From IMG/VR virus record IMGVR_UViG_3300044695_006401: DNA of 64,000 bases. One strand, written 5' to 3'. The notes beneath the pieces are model-generated. The model was given only the letters and a program-made list of their open reading frames with translations, had not been told where the DNA came from and searched no databases. The DNA is from a virus (lineage: Duplodnaviria > Caudoviricetes). Below, piece by piece: positions 33,992 through 44,310 of the stretch (the first letter of the stretch is position 1; every line of letters begins with the position of its first letter). The position numbers and the translations under genes are program-made.

Positions 33992-36664
33992 TTAACAGAC
34001 ATATTTAGATAATACGACACCTAAATCGTTAACTTGTAACACATTTCGAGTAGTTATCGGACAAGCACTTGAAACATAAATTCTTGCAAATCCATCCGTA
34101 GGTCCAAAATTAGTCCCAACATATTTAGTTGTTAATAATGGATCCGTATATATCACATCACCAACATTAATCGTTGCACCCGTAGAATAGAGACTTCTGT
34201 TACAAATTGTATCCTCACAAACATCTTCATCAGCAATATTGTAAATATCAAGGTTTGTAAACCAAACAATACCTGACGATGTTGGGGTTGGTGTTGGAGT
34301 CGCAGTAGGTGTTGATGTCGGCACATAAGTTGGTGTCGGTGTTGGAGTTGGTGTTGGTGTTGGAGTTGGTGTTGTTAATTGCGAACATTTGATGTCATAT
34401 GTGATTTCTAATTCAATTTTGAAGTAGTTACTACTGATAGAACTACAATCACATGTTATTTCCAATGTATTATTGAGTACACTTATAGTATATGCGTTTA
34501 CCTCGGGTATTATGTCTAAAATAGCTTCGATTGCGTGTTGCCAAGAATAATCATCGGCATATGTAAATGTTTGTCCCGATGTTGACCCATTAATGGTTAC
34601 TAATGCTTCTAACTCTACTTTATTTAATATACAATTGGAGTACCCTGATAAATTTATTAGGTCAAAAAATCCTTCATTTATCATTTTTTGAATAGATCTC
34701 TTGGTTCCTGTAAGTGTGTCAAATTTTTGATTAACGACATTATATCTTGTTCTACCTGTAACTAAATATTGATTACATACTATGTCGAATGTCCAAAATT
34801 CAGTACACCCACTATTATCTGCAACAGTCACCGAATAACTTCCACCCGACAATCCAGTCACAGTACTCCCTGTACTCCCTGAAGGAACATTATCTGACCA
34901 ATCAAATGTAAATGGTGGTGCACCATCAAAAATTGTTACGGTCGCAGCACCGTCATTATTATTAGTACAGTCGGTTTTAGTTAATGTAGATGTTAGATTA
35001 CCACTTAATGGTACGGTTAAATCTAAACTTACCGTACAGTTATCAGCATCAGTCACTTGTAGTGTATAACTTCCAGGTGTTAAGAAATTGAATGTGTATG
35101 AAGAAAAGTTTACATTTTGTAATGTGTTACCATTACTTAAGACATAATCAATCGGTTCTGTGTAACCAGTACTCACATTTACAGAGATAGATCCGCTTTG
35201 TGATCCACATGACGATGGTGTTGTTGTTGCTGTAACCGTAAACTTACTTTCGGATGTAACTTCCAAAGTTTCGGTATAAACACAACTACTTGAGTTTCCT
35301 GATATTGTTAATAGGTATGTATCGGTTTCCAAACCGTCAAATGTCACATTTTGGTCCTGTGTAAACTTAGTAAACACCTGATTCGTATTTTGACCCGAAA
35401 GAATGTAAGAGTAGAAACCATACAACCCAACAATACTTGTCTGTATTAACCCATTATCAAATGAGCAGGTTGAGTTTGTTATAGTATTACTTACATTTCT
35501 GAATCCATTAACTGAGTTAAGTTCTGTTATAAAATCTAATGTACAAAGATTAGCATCTTTTATAATAATTTGGTAATCCCCTGCGGTTAACCCCGTAATT
35601 GATAATTCATTAGATAGTGTAACTCCTATATTACCAGACGATGCCGAGTAATAGTATGGAACACTTCCACCTGTTATTGTAATATCTATAATTCCATTGT
35701 TACTAAAACATGTTGGGTTAGTTCCTGTGACCAAACCAACCCCCAATGGTGATGCTATATCCACAAAAACACTTTTTGTTAACTCACACCCTTGGCTGTC
35801 TGTTACGGTTACTGAATATTCACCTACCGTTAGTCCTGTTATAGTTTGACCTGTATGTCCGTCAGACCATAAATAGGTGTATGGACATACACCAGTTTGT
35901 CCTGTGACAGAAATTTTTCCTTTGTCAGTTGCACACTGTGAAGTATCTACCTTCCATAAACCAAAATCTAACTGTGTACTAGCACTTATGACAACATTTT
36001 CTGTTTTAGCGGTAACATTACTTGAATCAACAAGTAATGCGTAGTAAATACCCTCACCTAATTCAGGAAATATATATGGTACTGAATTTGTTTGTTGTAT
36101 TTGATTTAGAACTTCATCCTTATATAAAAGAATATTATATGGTGGTGTCGTTGATGATGCACTCACAGTTATTAAACCGTTTTCTAAACCGCAGGTAGTA
36201 CCTTCAACAAAAGTTGTAGTTGCACTAAAACAGTTTCCGACACTTACATTTATAAACAATTCCGAATTAACATCACCTAACGAGTCGTTGAGTCTAAAAA
36301 CATAAGTTTCATCAGTAAGCCCCGTAAAAGTTATTGAAGTTGTTCCTGTTTGTGCGGACAATCCATGACCCACAGGAAAAATTGGGTCAATTGTGTATGG
36401 TGGGTAACCTCCGTTAGGGGATATAGTAACCGATCCATTTGCAATTCCACATGTACCAGTTACCGTGAAAAAATAAGATAATTCAGATGTTCCACTACAA
36501 GCCTGTGTACAAGTACTACCAGTATCATACACTATGTTTACGGCACTTCCAGAGTAACTTTGGTCCAAACATACAGTTTCACCTGATGATGCACCGACCC
36601 TTGTCAATCCACAACAGTCAACATAAGTATAAATTCCATTTGTATATCCACTAATACAAGCCAT
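33992..36664 (-). CDS. Multi-SprB-repeat, Cys-rich virion protein with (Thr-Pro)n linker (890 aa)
   Basis: About 7 repeats C...(N/D)G.I.V...GG..PY.Y.W......GL..G.Y.V.V.D...C; TP tract at about 34278-34378. Confidence 0.8.
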   Translation of the reverse strand: MACISGYTNGIYTYVDCCGLTRVGASSGETVCLDQSYSGSAVNIVYDTGSTCTQACSGTSELSYFFTVTGTCGIANGSVTISPNGGYPPYTIDPIFPVGHGLSAQTGTTSITFTGLTDETYVFRLNDSLGDVNSELFINVSVGNCFSATTTFVEGTTCGLENGLITVSASSTTPPYNILLYKDEVLNQIQQTNSVPYIFPELGEGIYYALLVDSSNVTAKTENVVISASTQLDFGLWKVDTSQCATDKGKISVTGQTGVCPYTYLWSDGHTGQTITGLTVGEYSVTVTDSQGCELTKSVFVDIASPLGVGLVTGTNPTCFSNNGIIDITITGGSVPYYYSASSGNIGVTLSNELSITGLTAGDYQIIIKDANLCTLDFITELNSVNGFRNVSNTITNSTCSFDNGLIQTSIVGLYGFYSYILSGQNTNQVFTKFTQDQNVTFDGLETDTYLLTISGNSSSCVYTETLEVTSESKFTVTATTTPSSCGSQSGSISVNVSTGYTEPIDYVLSNGNTLQNVNFSSYTFNFLTPGSYTLQVTDADNCTVSLDLTVPLSGNLTSTLTKTDCTNNNDGAATVTIFDGAPPFTFDWSDNVPSGSTGSTVTGLSGGSYSVTVADNSGCTEFWTFDIVCNQYLVTGRTRYNVVNQKFDTLTGTKRSIQKMINEGFFDLINLSGYSNCILNKVELEALVTINGSTSGQTFTYADDYSWQHAIEAILDIIPEVNAYTISVLNNTLEITCDCSSISSNYFKIELEITYDIKCSQLTTPTPTPTPTPTPTPTYVPTSTPTATPTPTPTSSGIVWFTNLDIYNIADEDVCEDTICNRSLYSTGATINVGDVIYTDPLLTTKYVGTNFGPTDGFARIYVSSACPITTRNVLQVNDLGVVLSKYVC

Positions 36665-36676
36665 TTTATTTAATTA

Positions 36677-39600
36677 TTAATTAATACATTCAACTGTCAC
36701 ATCTAAGACAACATTTATGGTTAATGAGCTATTTGTAAATTCATCAAGACATGTTGTATTGAAAATAGTTAGGTTTCCACCTTCAAAACTATAACCTAAA
36801 CCAACAGATTCTAAAGGTTGTAAACTGTTTGTAATGGCTAGTAACACCCCGTCATAATATAATGGGTCACCTGTTTGTTGATTAAGTGCTTCAGGTCCAT
36901 CTCCAATCCAAAACTGTTCAAACAATAAAATTTGTTCATTACCAGTTAGTAAATTTGTTAAGACTACTTCAACATACCAAGTAGATATAACCGTATTATT
37001 ATTACATTGGGATAAGTCAATTCCTTGATTTAAAATCGCATCATTTGTTTCGATACTAAGAATTTCAAAAGGATCAAACATAGTTAATGCTGCTGTCAGT
37101 GTTTGTTCATTACAGTCGTAAGCACCACTTCCTCCTTCATATACAGATTGTACAGGTGGTTCATCTTGAGGGGTAAAAGAACCAGTACCGACAAAAGTAC
37201 ATCCTCTTTGTCTTTTCCATGACACTTTTTGTCTATGAAATATTGAGTTGTCAAATTTTTGACCCGTATTCCATAAAGTAGTGGCGGGTACAAATTGTTC
37301 AACAAGTCTAACCCAATAGTCACCTAAATTCAGAGTATAATCTACCATTTTTTGATATGTAAAATCATTGAATGGGAAATTTGTATTTTGTGTAGTTTCC
37401 AAATACTTCCAAAAAATATATTGTAATGTTGGGTAACCTCCGGTTTTACCGTCAAAAATCCATTGTCTATTTCTAACATTTATCATGTTATTATAGAATG
37501 TTTGTGCAAATTCTAAAAAGGTTTTTTGATTCGGTTTAGGATTAATTACCGTCCAATCAATTCCACCTTGTGTTGCATATGGAGATGTTAACCCTGTATT
37601 CGCAATTGGGTATCCGTATTTAGAAGACATATCCCAAATGTCATATGTTATTCCTTGGCCCATATTAAGGTACAATTCCATGTTTTTAGAATTGATTGCC
37701 AAATCTTCATTTGGTACAGTGTAATATGTTTCCGAATAATTTTGTGTGTTTTTTCTTAAACCAACCTGAGTATCCACCCATGATTTTGTATTGTCAACCG
37801 TTCTTGTTAATCGATATCCTAAGTCCAAAAATGGAAACTTTTCGTAACGATCCAAATATTCTTGCCCATATGTGAATGGTGTAAGTACAGAAGAAAATAC
37901 CGCAATTTGCGGATTAATTTCTGATGTTGAAAAATTAATAACTTCGGGTGATGTGTGTTCGGGAGTCGTTTCAAACCAACCGGCACCTTTTTGAAAAAAA
38001 TAATCTTCGGTTTCAACCGCACTTTCAGGATATCCTGTTTCTAAAGATATCGGGTAGTCTCCAAGTCCGGTGTTAACCGTAGTAATAACTGAATTAGCAA
38101 CAAACCCTGTAAAATTGATGCTTTGTATTGAGTATTGAATACTAGAATTTAAGGATGTAATCTTATCCAACTTGGTTCCACCTGAAATTTGAGCAAATTG
38201 TGTTTCAAAATCAGAAACAGATATTTTTTGATCCGCAAGATAAACATATTCATTAAACTCAATAAGTTGGTCGGGCACACCAACCATCTTCATAATATAC
38301 TCAATTGACTTTCTCGTACCTTTAGTTTTATACAAATAAGCAGAATTAAGTATTAAATTTTTATAATACTGTATGTTTACTTGTTCTGGTGTTTGTATTT
38401 TCGATTGTCCAGGATAGATTACATTATTTGTCGTGTTATATATCGTATCGTTAAGTCCATCAGTTGTGATTGGTGATATATTTGTTTTCCAACCTAGTGT
38501 TTCAACTATATACGACAATAATTGATCGGGTATGTCATTTTTAGTGATATAATTTACCGAATTCATGTTTGCCAAAGCATCTATTAGTGTCTTTGTCTCA
38601 TCAAAACTTCTACCATAAATTTGTAAAACTTTTTCTAACTTTTGGTCTGGTGTGTCAAATTCTTTAAGTGAGTCAGATGTTAAAAATCTACTTAACAGGT
38701 TTGTCTTGAATTGGTCGATTAATTCAGCAATTTCCTGAATCGTTGTTAGGTATGTGTCAAAATTAGTCGTTTCAATGTCAAGATTCCAAGCACCATCTAA
38801 TTTCCATGTTACAGGTTTAGTAAATAAAGTGTAATTACCATTACTATCATAATCAGGATATTGAAATTTAGCGGTGTACTTAGGAAAAGTATTTCTATTA
38901 AGAAGGTATTGCTCAATTTCATCAAAATCGTTTTTAAATACTTGTTCAGTTACTAAATTGTTTGGTTTGATAATAATAGTATCTGTGATTTGAGAACCCG
39001 TAAATGGTTGACCTTTTACTACTATCGGAATTGTACCAGCAGTGAGTGTTGTCGTCGCTACTAAATCAATGATTGGGTATTCATCATTGAAAGTTGTAGT
39101 ATATAATGAATAACTTTCATAGAATTTTTTTAAATCTCTATATTTGCTTACATTGTATGGTAGAACTTGTATGTTCTGTGCGGCATTAACGCTATAATCA
39201 ATTGCGAATGGATTTTTGAAAAATTGAACATCCACATCAAAAGATGTTTCATCACCTATAGGATCATATATAATATTGAACGCAGTATAACCTGTGTTTA
39301 AACTGTAATTCTGAAAATCTATTTGGATTCCGGCCGGAAAAAAGTTAATTATCTTGGTTATAGATGAAGAAAGTCTTTTCTGTAATGAACCATAAAGAGT
39401 ATAGTTAGTGACTTGAGCTAAATCAAAATTTGGATATACCTTAAAATTTTTGCGAACTATTTCTTTTGCTTGTTCGACTGATTCAATATTTAGGTTTTCA
39501 AGAGTGTATGGGTCAGAAAAAAGACCAGTATCAAATGTCCTGTCAATTTTTTCATATATTGCAGTGGTAAACTGAAAATTTCCTTGCGTTAAACCACCAC

Positions 39601-39691
39601 CCGAGACTAATTGTAAACCAACTAATTCATTGGAAAAGGTACCTGATCCGTTTGCAGGTGGTGCTGGACATTTATATTTTGTAACTGCCAT
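36677..39691 (-). CDS. Baseplate wedge/tail protein (P2 gpI / T4 gp7-like core; 1004 aa)
   Basis: LLSYIVETLGW...AYLYKTKGTRKSIEYIMKMVG motif; baseplate context. Confidence 0.65.
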   Translation of the reverse strand: MAVTKYKCPAPPANGSGTFSNELVGLQLVSGGGLTQGNFQFTTAIYEKIDRTFDTGLFSDPYTLENLNIESVEQAKEIVRKNFKVYPNFDLAQVTNYTLYGSLQKRLSSSITKIINFFPAGIQIDFQNYSLNTGYTAFNIIYDPIGDETSFDVDVQFFKNPFAIDYSVNAAQNIQVLPYNVSKYRDLKKFYESYSLYTTTFNDEYPIIDLVATTTLTAGTIPIVVKGQPFTGSQITDTIIIKPNNLVTEQVFKNDFDEIEQYLLNRNTFPKYTAKFQYPDYDSNGNYTLFTKPVTWKLDGAWNLDIETTNFDTYLTTIQEIAELIDQFKTNLLSRFLTSDSLKEFDTPDQKLEKVLQIYGRSFDETKTLIDALANMNSVNYITKNDIPDQLLSYIVETLGWKTNISPITTDGLNDTIYNTTNNVIYPGQSKIQTPEQVNIQYYKNLILNSAYLYKTKGTRKSIEYIMKMVGVPDQLIEFNEYVYLADQKISVSDFETQFAQISGGTKLDKITSLNSSIQYSIQSINFTGFVANSVITTVNTGLGDYPISLETGYPESAVETEDYFFQKGAGWFETTPEHTSPEVINFSTSEINPQIAVFSSVLTPFTYGQEYLDRYEKFPFLDLGYRLTRTVDNTKSWVDTQVGLRKNTQNYSETYYTVPNEDLAINSKNMELYLNMGQGITYDIWDMSSKYGYPIANTGLTSPYATQGGIDWTVINPKPNQKTFLEFAQTFYNNMINVRNRQWIFDGKTGGYPTLQYIFWKYLETTQNTNFPFNDFTYQKMVDYTLNLGDYWVRLVEQFVPATTLWNTGQKFDNSIFHRQKVSWKRQRGCTFVGTGSFTPQDEPPVQSVYEGGSGAYDCNEQTLTAALTMFDPFEILSIETNDAILNQGIDLSQCNNNTVISTWYVEVVLTNLLTGNEQILLFEQFWIGDGPEALNQQTGDPLYYDGVLLAITNSLQPLESVGLGYSFEGGNLTIFNTTCLDEFTNSSLTINVVLDVTVECIN

Positions 39692-40599
39692 TAACTAATA
39701 ATATTTGTAAAGTTTTTACTAAAGTCGATATTAGTTCCCCTATCTTGTCTAACCTCATAAAGAAGTTCATTAAAGTTATCTCTAACCTCAAATAGGTTGT
39801 ATTGTTTATAAATGTTACCAACACTATCATAAAGAGTGTAGATACCATCTTCAATAGATTTAGTTTGATTACCGTATAACGCAATTGCCAATGTATCAAT
39901 ATCATAATTAGATATTTGCACATCCAAACTAAGTGGATTGAAAAAAGTATTCGTAACAATAATATTTTGATTTGGTTGACCAATAAATGGTGTAGCATTC
40001 GGTTTGTTAGTTGGTGATGAACTAGGTGAAAGTGTACAAAATAATAAATCACTCGCACCCTCAACATAACGATATCTTATAGACTTTTGAGTAGTGTTTG
40101 TCTGGTCTGAAACAACCGGCTCACAATAAAAAGAAGATGTTACTATTCTATAAAAATTAGGTATTTTTGTTCCGTCATTGTTTAAATATTCAATTCTGAA
40201 TCCAACTAAACCTTGGTTCACAAATTTGTTTCTAAATTGTTGTGGGACCTGATTGATGTCTATAATAATACCTTTAACATTAGGGAGTGCCGATAACACA
40301 CCACAATCTGTTATTCTTGTTCTAATTTCGGCGGGTCTAATGTAAAGTGTGTAAATACCAACAGCATTAAACTCAGTGGCAGGTAATCTAAGATTATATA
40401 ACCCTCCCAATATTTCAATATTATTGTTTCCACCAGTCTGATTGTTGTGGTAATATGGTGTTAAAATTGTTGTTGCATCTAATTTTTTCAATACAAAGTT
40501 AGATGTTACATCACGCGACGGCGTGTAATGTAATAATATTTCAACATCAGATGGTGATACATCTGCGGGTCTGATAGTACCGTATGCTCCTAATGCCAT
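39691..40599 (-). CDS. Putative structural protein (302 aa)
   Basis: ORF track; TAATG coupling; late-type motif upstream. Confidence 0.7.
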   Translation of the reverse strand: MALGAYGTIRPADVSPSDVEILLHYTPSRDVTSNFVLKKLDATTILTPYYHNNQTGGNNNIEILGGLYNLRLPATEFNAVGIYTLYIRPAEIRTRITDCGVLSALPNVKGIIIDINQVPQQFRNKFVNQGLVGFRIEYLNNDGTKIPNFYRIVTSSFYCEPVVSDQTNTTQKSIRYRYVEGASDLLFCTLSPSSSPTNKPNATPFIGQPNQNIIVTNTFFNPLSLDVQISNYDIDTLAIALYGNQTKSIEDGIYTLYDSVGNIYKQYNLFEVRDNFNELLYEVRQDRGTNIDFSKNFTNIIS

Positions 40600-40610
40600 T
40601 AGTTTTTATT

Positions 40611-40618
40611 TATAAATA
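40611..40618 (-). promoter_or_regulatory. TATTTATA motif 11 nt upstream of ATG 40599
   Basis: Recurrent motif. Confidence 0.5.
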
Positions 40619-40633
40619 GTTTATGACGCTTTT

Positions 40634-41716
40634 TTAATCGTTGTTAATTTTGTAATACCCATAACCATAACTTATTAAATCACCAAGATTATCAACCTCG
40701 TTAAGTCGTTGTAATGGTTCGAATGGACTATACCTTCCTCTCTCTACCGCAATATCCGTTTGTACTTCAGGATCCATCACAAAATCAAGAAGGTATTCAT
40801 TTTTAGTCAAAGCCGAAACTGTAATATCATTAGCGGTTAATCCTGACGATTCAAAAACAAAATAAGTTAAACCATTCGGTAGGTTGAAATAATTAACACT
40901 GTTGATTGTGTAAGCGGTATATTCATTTGTTATTTCTGACACATAACCAATACCCCCGTTTGATAGTTGTGTAATATACCCAACTGTAAATGGTTGTGGT
41001 CCCCATCTTCTTAGTAACTCTAACTGTGAATTTGTGTATCCCGAAACTTGGAATGGTACTGTGGTGTATGCACTTGAAATCTGTTGGTTTATGTTATTAT
41101 TAGAGTCACCAGTAAAAATAAAATCTAAACTCAACTGAACCCCTGCCCAACTTCCTCCTTGTGCAGCAAAAGTAATATTACCCAATTGATTTGTAATGGT
41201 AACACCCGTGAAGGGAACTGTAACTGGTTGTTGGACCGTTGTTAATCCAAACATATTTGTTTGTGAAAGTGTTATTGTATAACTTTGTGGTACACTTGGG
41301 TAAACATGTGATTGTGTGGTATTATTGATTGAAATTGTGGATCCACTTGATCCATCACCCCAAGCAACATTGTATGAAGAATCTTGAAGATAGTTTTGAA
41401 AATTATATCCAGCACTATTAAATACATGAACTTGATATGGATTTATAGGGTCACCTGAAATTACAAAATTAGTAACCACATCTTTTTGATCTATGAATCC
41501 CTCAAACGGAGAATAATATCCAATATCATTAAAGTTTTGTGTTAAAAGAATTGGTATGGTCAATCCTGTTAGAAGTGACGATCCATTTGTACCCCCACTA
41601 AGAACATAACTTAAACCAGAGTATACATCAAAAGTCTGAGTTTGATAAACCTCAGCAAACAAATCGTCTCTGAGTACTTCGGGTGAAATAACAATATTTA
41701 TTTTTTCAGGATTCAT
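40634..41716 (-). CDS. Putative structural protein with PKD/Ig-like module (360 aa)
   Basis: YNVAWGDGSSG...QSHVY..PQSYTITL. Confidence 0.65.
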   Translation of the reverse strand: MNPEKINIVISPEVLRDDLFAEVYQTQTFDVYSGLSYVLSGGTNGSSLLTGLTIPILLTQNFNDIGYYSPFEGFIDQKDVVTNFVISGDPINPYQVHVFNSAGYNFQNYLQDSSYNVAWGDGSSGSTISINNTTQSHVYPSVPQSYTITLSQTNMFGLTTVQQPVTVPFTGVTITNQLGNITFAAQGGSWAGVQLSLDFIFTGDSNNNINQQISSAYTTVPFQVSGYTNSQLELLRRWGPQPFTVGYITQLSNGGIGYVSEITNEYTAYTINSVNYFNLPNGLTYFVFESSGLTANDITVSALTKNEYLLDFVMDPEVQTDIAVERGRYSPFEPLQRLNEVDNLGDLISYGYGYYKINND

Positions 41717-42603
41717 TATGGATTCACATATTCATACCATTTTATTGGACTAATAGTTGTCCCTACTCTTGATAAACTACCATTAGGTGATTCTTTGTAA
41801 ACAGCATATTTGAATGTGTTGTAATCCAAAATGTATTTGTAATAAAATGTATCATCTTTGTTTACATTAAAAACCCCCGGACCTACAAATGTAGATTGTG
41901 GTGTGGTTAACATTCTCACAAATTGTCCATTTTTTGCATTGAAGAACTTACATGACACATAAAACGCGTCTAAATTGAAAATTGATTTATCTTTTAAGAA
42001 ATAAACAAAAAAACCTTCTTTATTTGCTCCGATATAATCCAATTTAAATTTTGGTTTGTTGACCATTACACTTATTGGATTATTGGGTGATCCGATGGAA
42101 CCATTTTCTTTTAAACCTTGTTGTGTAGGTAGTATTACGGTTAAAAATAATTGTTGTGTTTGAGAATCTTTTTTATCGTAGAAATCCAACTTGAAAAAGC
42201 TACCTTTAAATGAGTTTGCGAAATAGTAAATTTCATTATCCGTGAATCCTGCCTTTTCATAATCATCGTCCCAATTTGATGTGGTTGCTATATCAACATT
42301 TGTTGTATAGTCAAAAAAGAAAAATTCATAATCTATAGTTGTGGGGATAATAGTTACATTTAAAATTATACTACTACCTCCAGGTATAAATGGTGGTGAT
42401 ACAATTTGGAAATTTACAGTCCATCCCGAATGAGCAAACTTAGTCATTTCAAAATCAGTGACGGGATTTATAATTTGTCTTAAGATTTGATTTTCAAAAT
42501 CCTCAACTGCCTGTGAACGACCTTCCAAATCGAAATCGACTTCTAGCGGTATATTCAAATAACCGTCTTGTACTTTAAGTGTTCCTAAAAATTTATCACT
42601 CAC
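41716..42603 (-). CDS. Putative structural protein (295 aa)
   Basis: ORF track; coupled within the baseplate operon. Confidence 0.7.
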   Translation of the reverse strand: MSDKFLGTLKVQDGYLNIPLEVDFDLEGRSQAVEDFENQILRQIINPVTDFEMTKFAHSGWTVNFQIVSPPFIPGGSSIILNVTIIPTTIDYEFFFFDYTTNVDIATTSNWDDDYEKAGFTDNEIYYFANSFKGSFFKLDFYDKKDSQTQQLFLTVILPTQQGLKENGSIGSPNNPISVMVNKPKFKLDYIGANKEGFFVYFLKDKSIFNLDAFYVSCKFFNAKNGQFVRMLTTPQSTFVGPGVFNVNKDDTFYYKYILDYNTFKYAVYKESPNGSLSRVGTTISPIKWYEYVNP

Positions 42604-44308
42604 AATCGTCAGTTATTGGGTCATTTATCAGGTCTGTTTCTAAATCAGAAACATTTCTTCTTGTAGGAAACTGTATCATTCTAACTTCTTTAAACGGGTA
42701 ATGTGAATCATTTAAAAATGGAATGTTCAAACCTATTCCATCTCCATCAATATACCCATAACTATATATATCACGCCATATAAAGTTCCCCGTTTTTTTT
42801 GAGAAGTAGGAATAGAATGGGGCATTAACAATACTATTTACAGGTAATGTTTCAATAAAATCACTAAACACTCTGATTGGAATACTATAGTGGGGTTTGT
42901 AGGCGTATCCTGAAGGTAAATTTGTCGTACCAGATGTCGCATCATCAATAAAATTATTTGGATTTATCGAATATTTGTGGTAAAGTGGTGATAAAACATA
43001 TTCCCTTTGTTCAATATTATTATATTCGCAAAAATCCCCTTTAATGGTGTCACCTATTTTTAAATCTTGATTAAAATAAAATGTTTTACCTTGAAGGGTA
43101 TATGACCCATAAGGGATGTTATCTTTATTAAACGATGACGATTTGTCCCACCAATTACTTATGTTATTTTTTAAAAAGTTAAACTCCCATCCAATTTCTA
43201 AAGCCGATGTTTGTCCCGCGTTTGGTTTGTTGAACCATCCAGCATAACCTTTAAATAACATAGTAAAAAATAATTCAGTAACTGGTTTACCATTGTTGTC
43301 AATTAATGGTGATATATCAATATCTCTATTCACCGAAAAACCATAACTTTGTGTTCCAGTCTTAACCGATATTCTTTGAAACGAATTTGGTGTAAGTGCC
43401 GAAAATTCTAATTTTCTTTTGACGGGAAATGGGTTATTTTCAAACCCAAGTTTAGTTACAAAAGTATCTTCAACATTTGTAAGTATTTTATGTAATCTAA
43501 TATAATATCTTGATTTTGTTTCAGCACTATTTGTAATATCAGTTATTCTTTTGAAATTACCATATCTTCCATCATATACATCATTTTGTGAATAAGATAA
43601 ATTATAGACAGTGAATACATTTTTTTCAGACCTATAAGATCCATTACCTAATGAGTAAACTTGATATAAATTTTTTCCATTTATGGTAATACTTAATTCA
43701 ACCCACTGTCCAACACTCAAATTATGATTAGTTGGACAATTAAAGAATATTAAATCTTTACCATTCGTTTGACCTGTATTCATTACAAATGGTATTCCAT
43801 CGGAAACATTGTAGGATTGGTTAGTTACATTGTATTTTTCGTTAGTATAGGACATTGTTTGAGCCGTACTACTACTGAACGCATATGATGCATAATATGT
43901 CCAATTATATGTTGAAGCACTAACCGTTTGGAATTGGAAGTGGTTTGTAATCCCGCTAGACCGTATCATACTAAATTCATCATATTGGGGAAACCCTTTC
44001 CAAACATTCGTATTGACCGAAACTTCAGGATTTATATAATATAATGAATTTTTAAATGGGGTATAACTAGTACTACCTGAAATAGAATTGTTGAACAAGT
44101 TTACGATTTTACCATTAAGTCTAAAAATGGATGATTCAGTTCTTTCTTCGTCAAAGATATCATTCAAACTTACTATTCTTGATCTATCTCCTTGAACCAT
44201 ATTCCTTCTTTTACCAAACAATGGTACTTGTAGTTGCTCATCCACATTTGCAGAACCAGCAAATCTTTTCGATCCTAAAACTATTCTTATGTCATCCTGT
44301 TTTCTCAT
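42596..44308 (-). CDS. Putative structural protein (570 aa)
   Basis: ORF track; coupled within the baseplate operon. Confidence 0.7.
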   Translation of the reverse strand: MRKQDDIRIVLGSKRFAGSANVDEQLQVPLFGKRRNMVQGDRSRIVSLNDIFDEERTESSIFRLNGKIVNLFNNSISGSTSYTPFKNSLYYINPEVSVNTNVWKGFPQYDEFSMIRSSGITNHFQFQTVSASTYNWTYYASYAFSSSTAQTMSYTNEKYNVTNQSYNVSDGIPFVMNTGQTNGKDLIFFNCPTNHNLSVGQWVELSITINGKNLYQVYSLGNGSYRSEKNVFTVYNLSYSQNDVYDGRYGNFKRITDITNSAETKSRYYIRLHKILTNVEDTFVTKLGFENNPFPVKRKLEFSALTPNSFQRISVKTGTQSYGFSVNRDIDISPLIDNNGKPVTELFFTMLFKGYAGWFNKPNAGQTSALEIGWEFNFLKNNISNWWDKSSSFNKDNIPYGSYTLQGKTFYFNQDLKIGDTIKGDFCEYNNIEQREYVLSPLYHKYSINPNNFIDDATSGTTNLPSGYAYKPHYSIPIRVFSDFIETLPVNSIVNAPFYSYFSKKTGNFIWRDIYSYGYIDGDGIGLNIPFLNDSHYPFKEVRMIQFPTRRNVSDLETDLINDPITDDCE

Positions 44309-44310
44309 TA

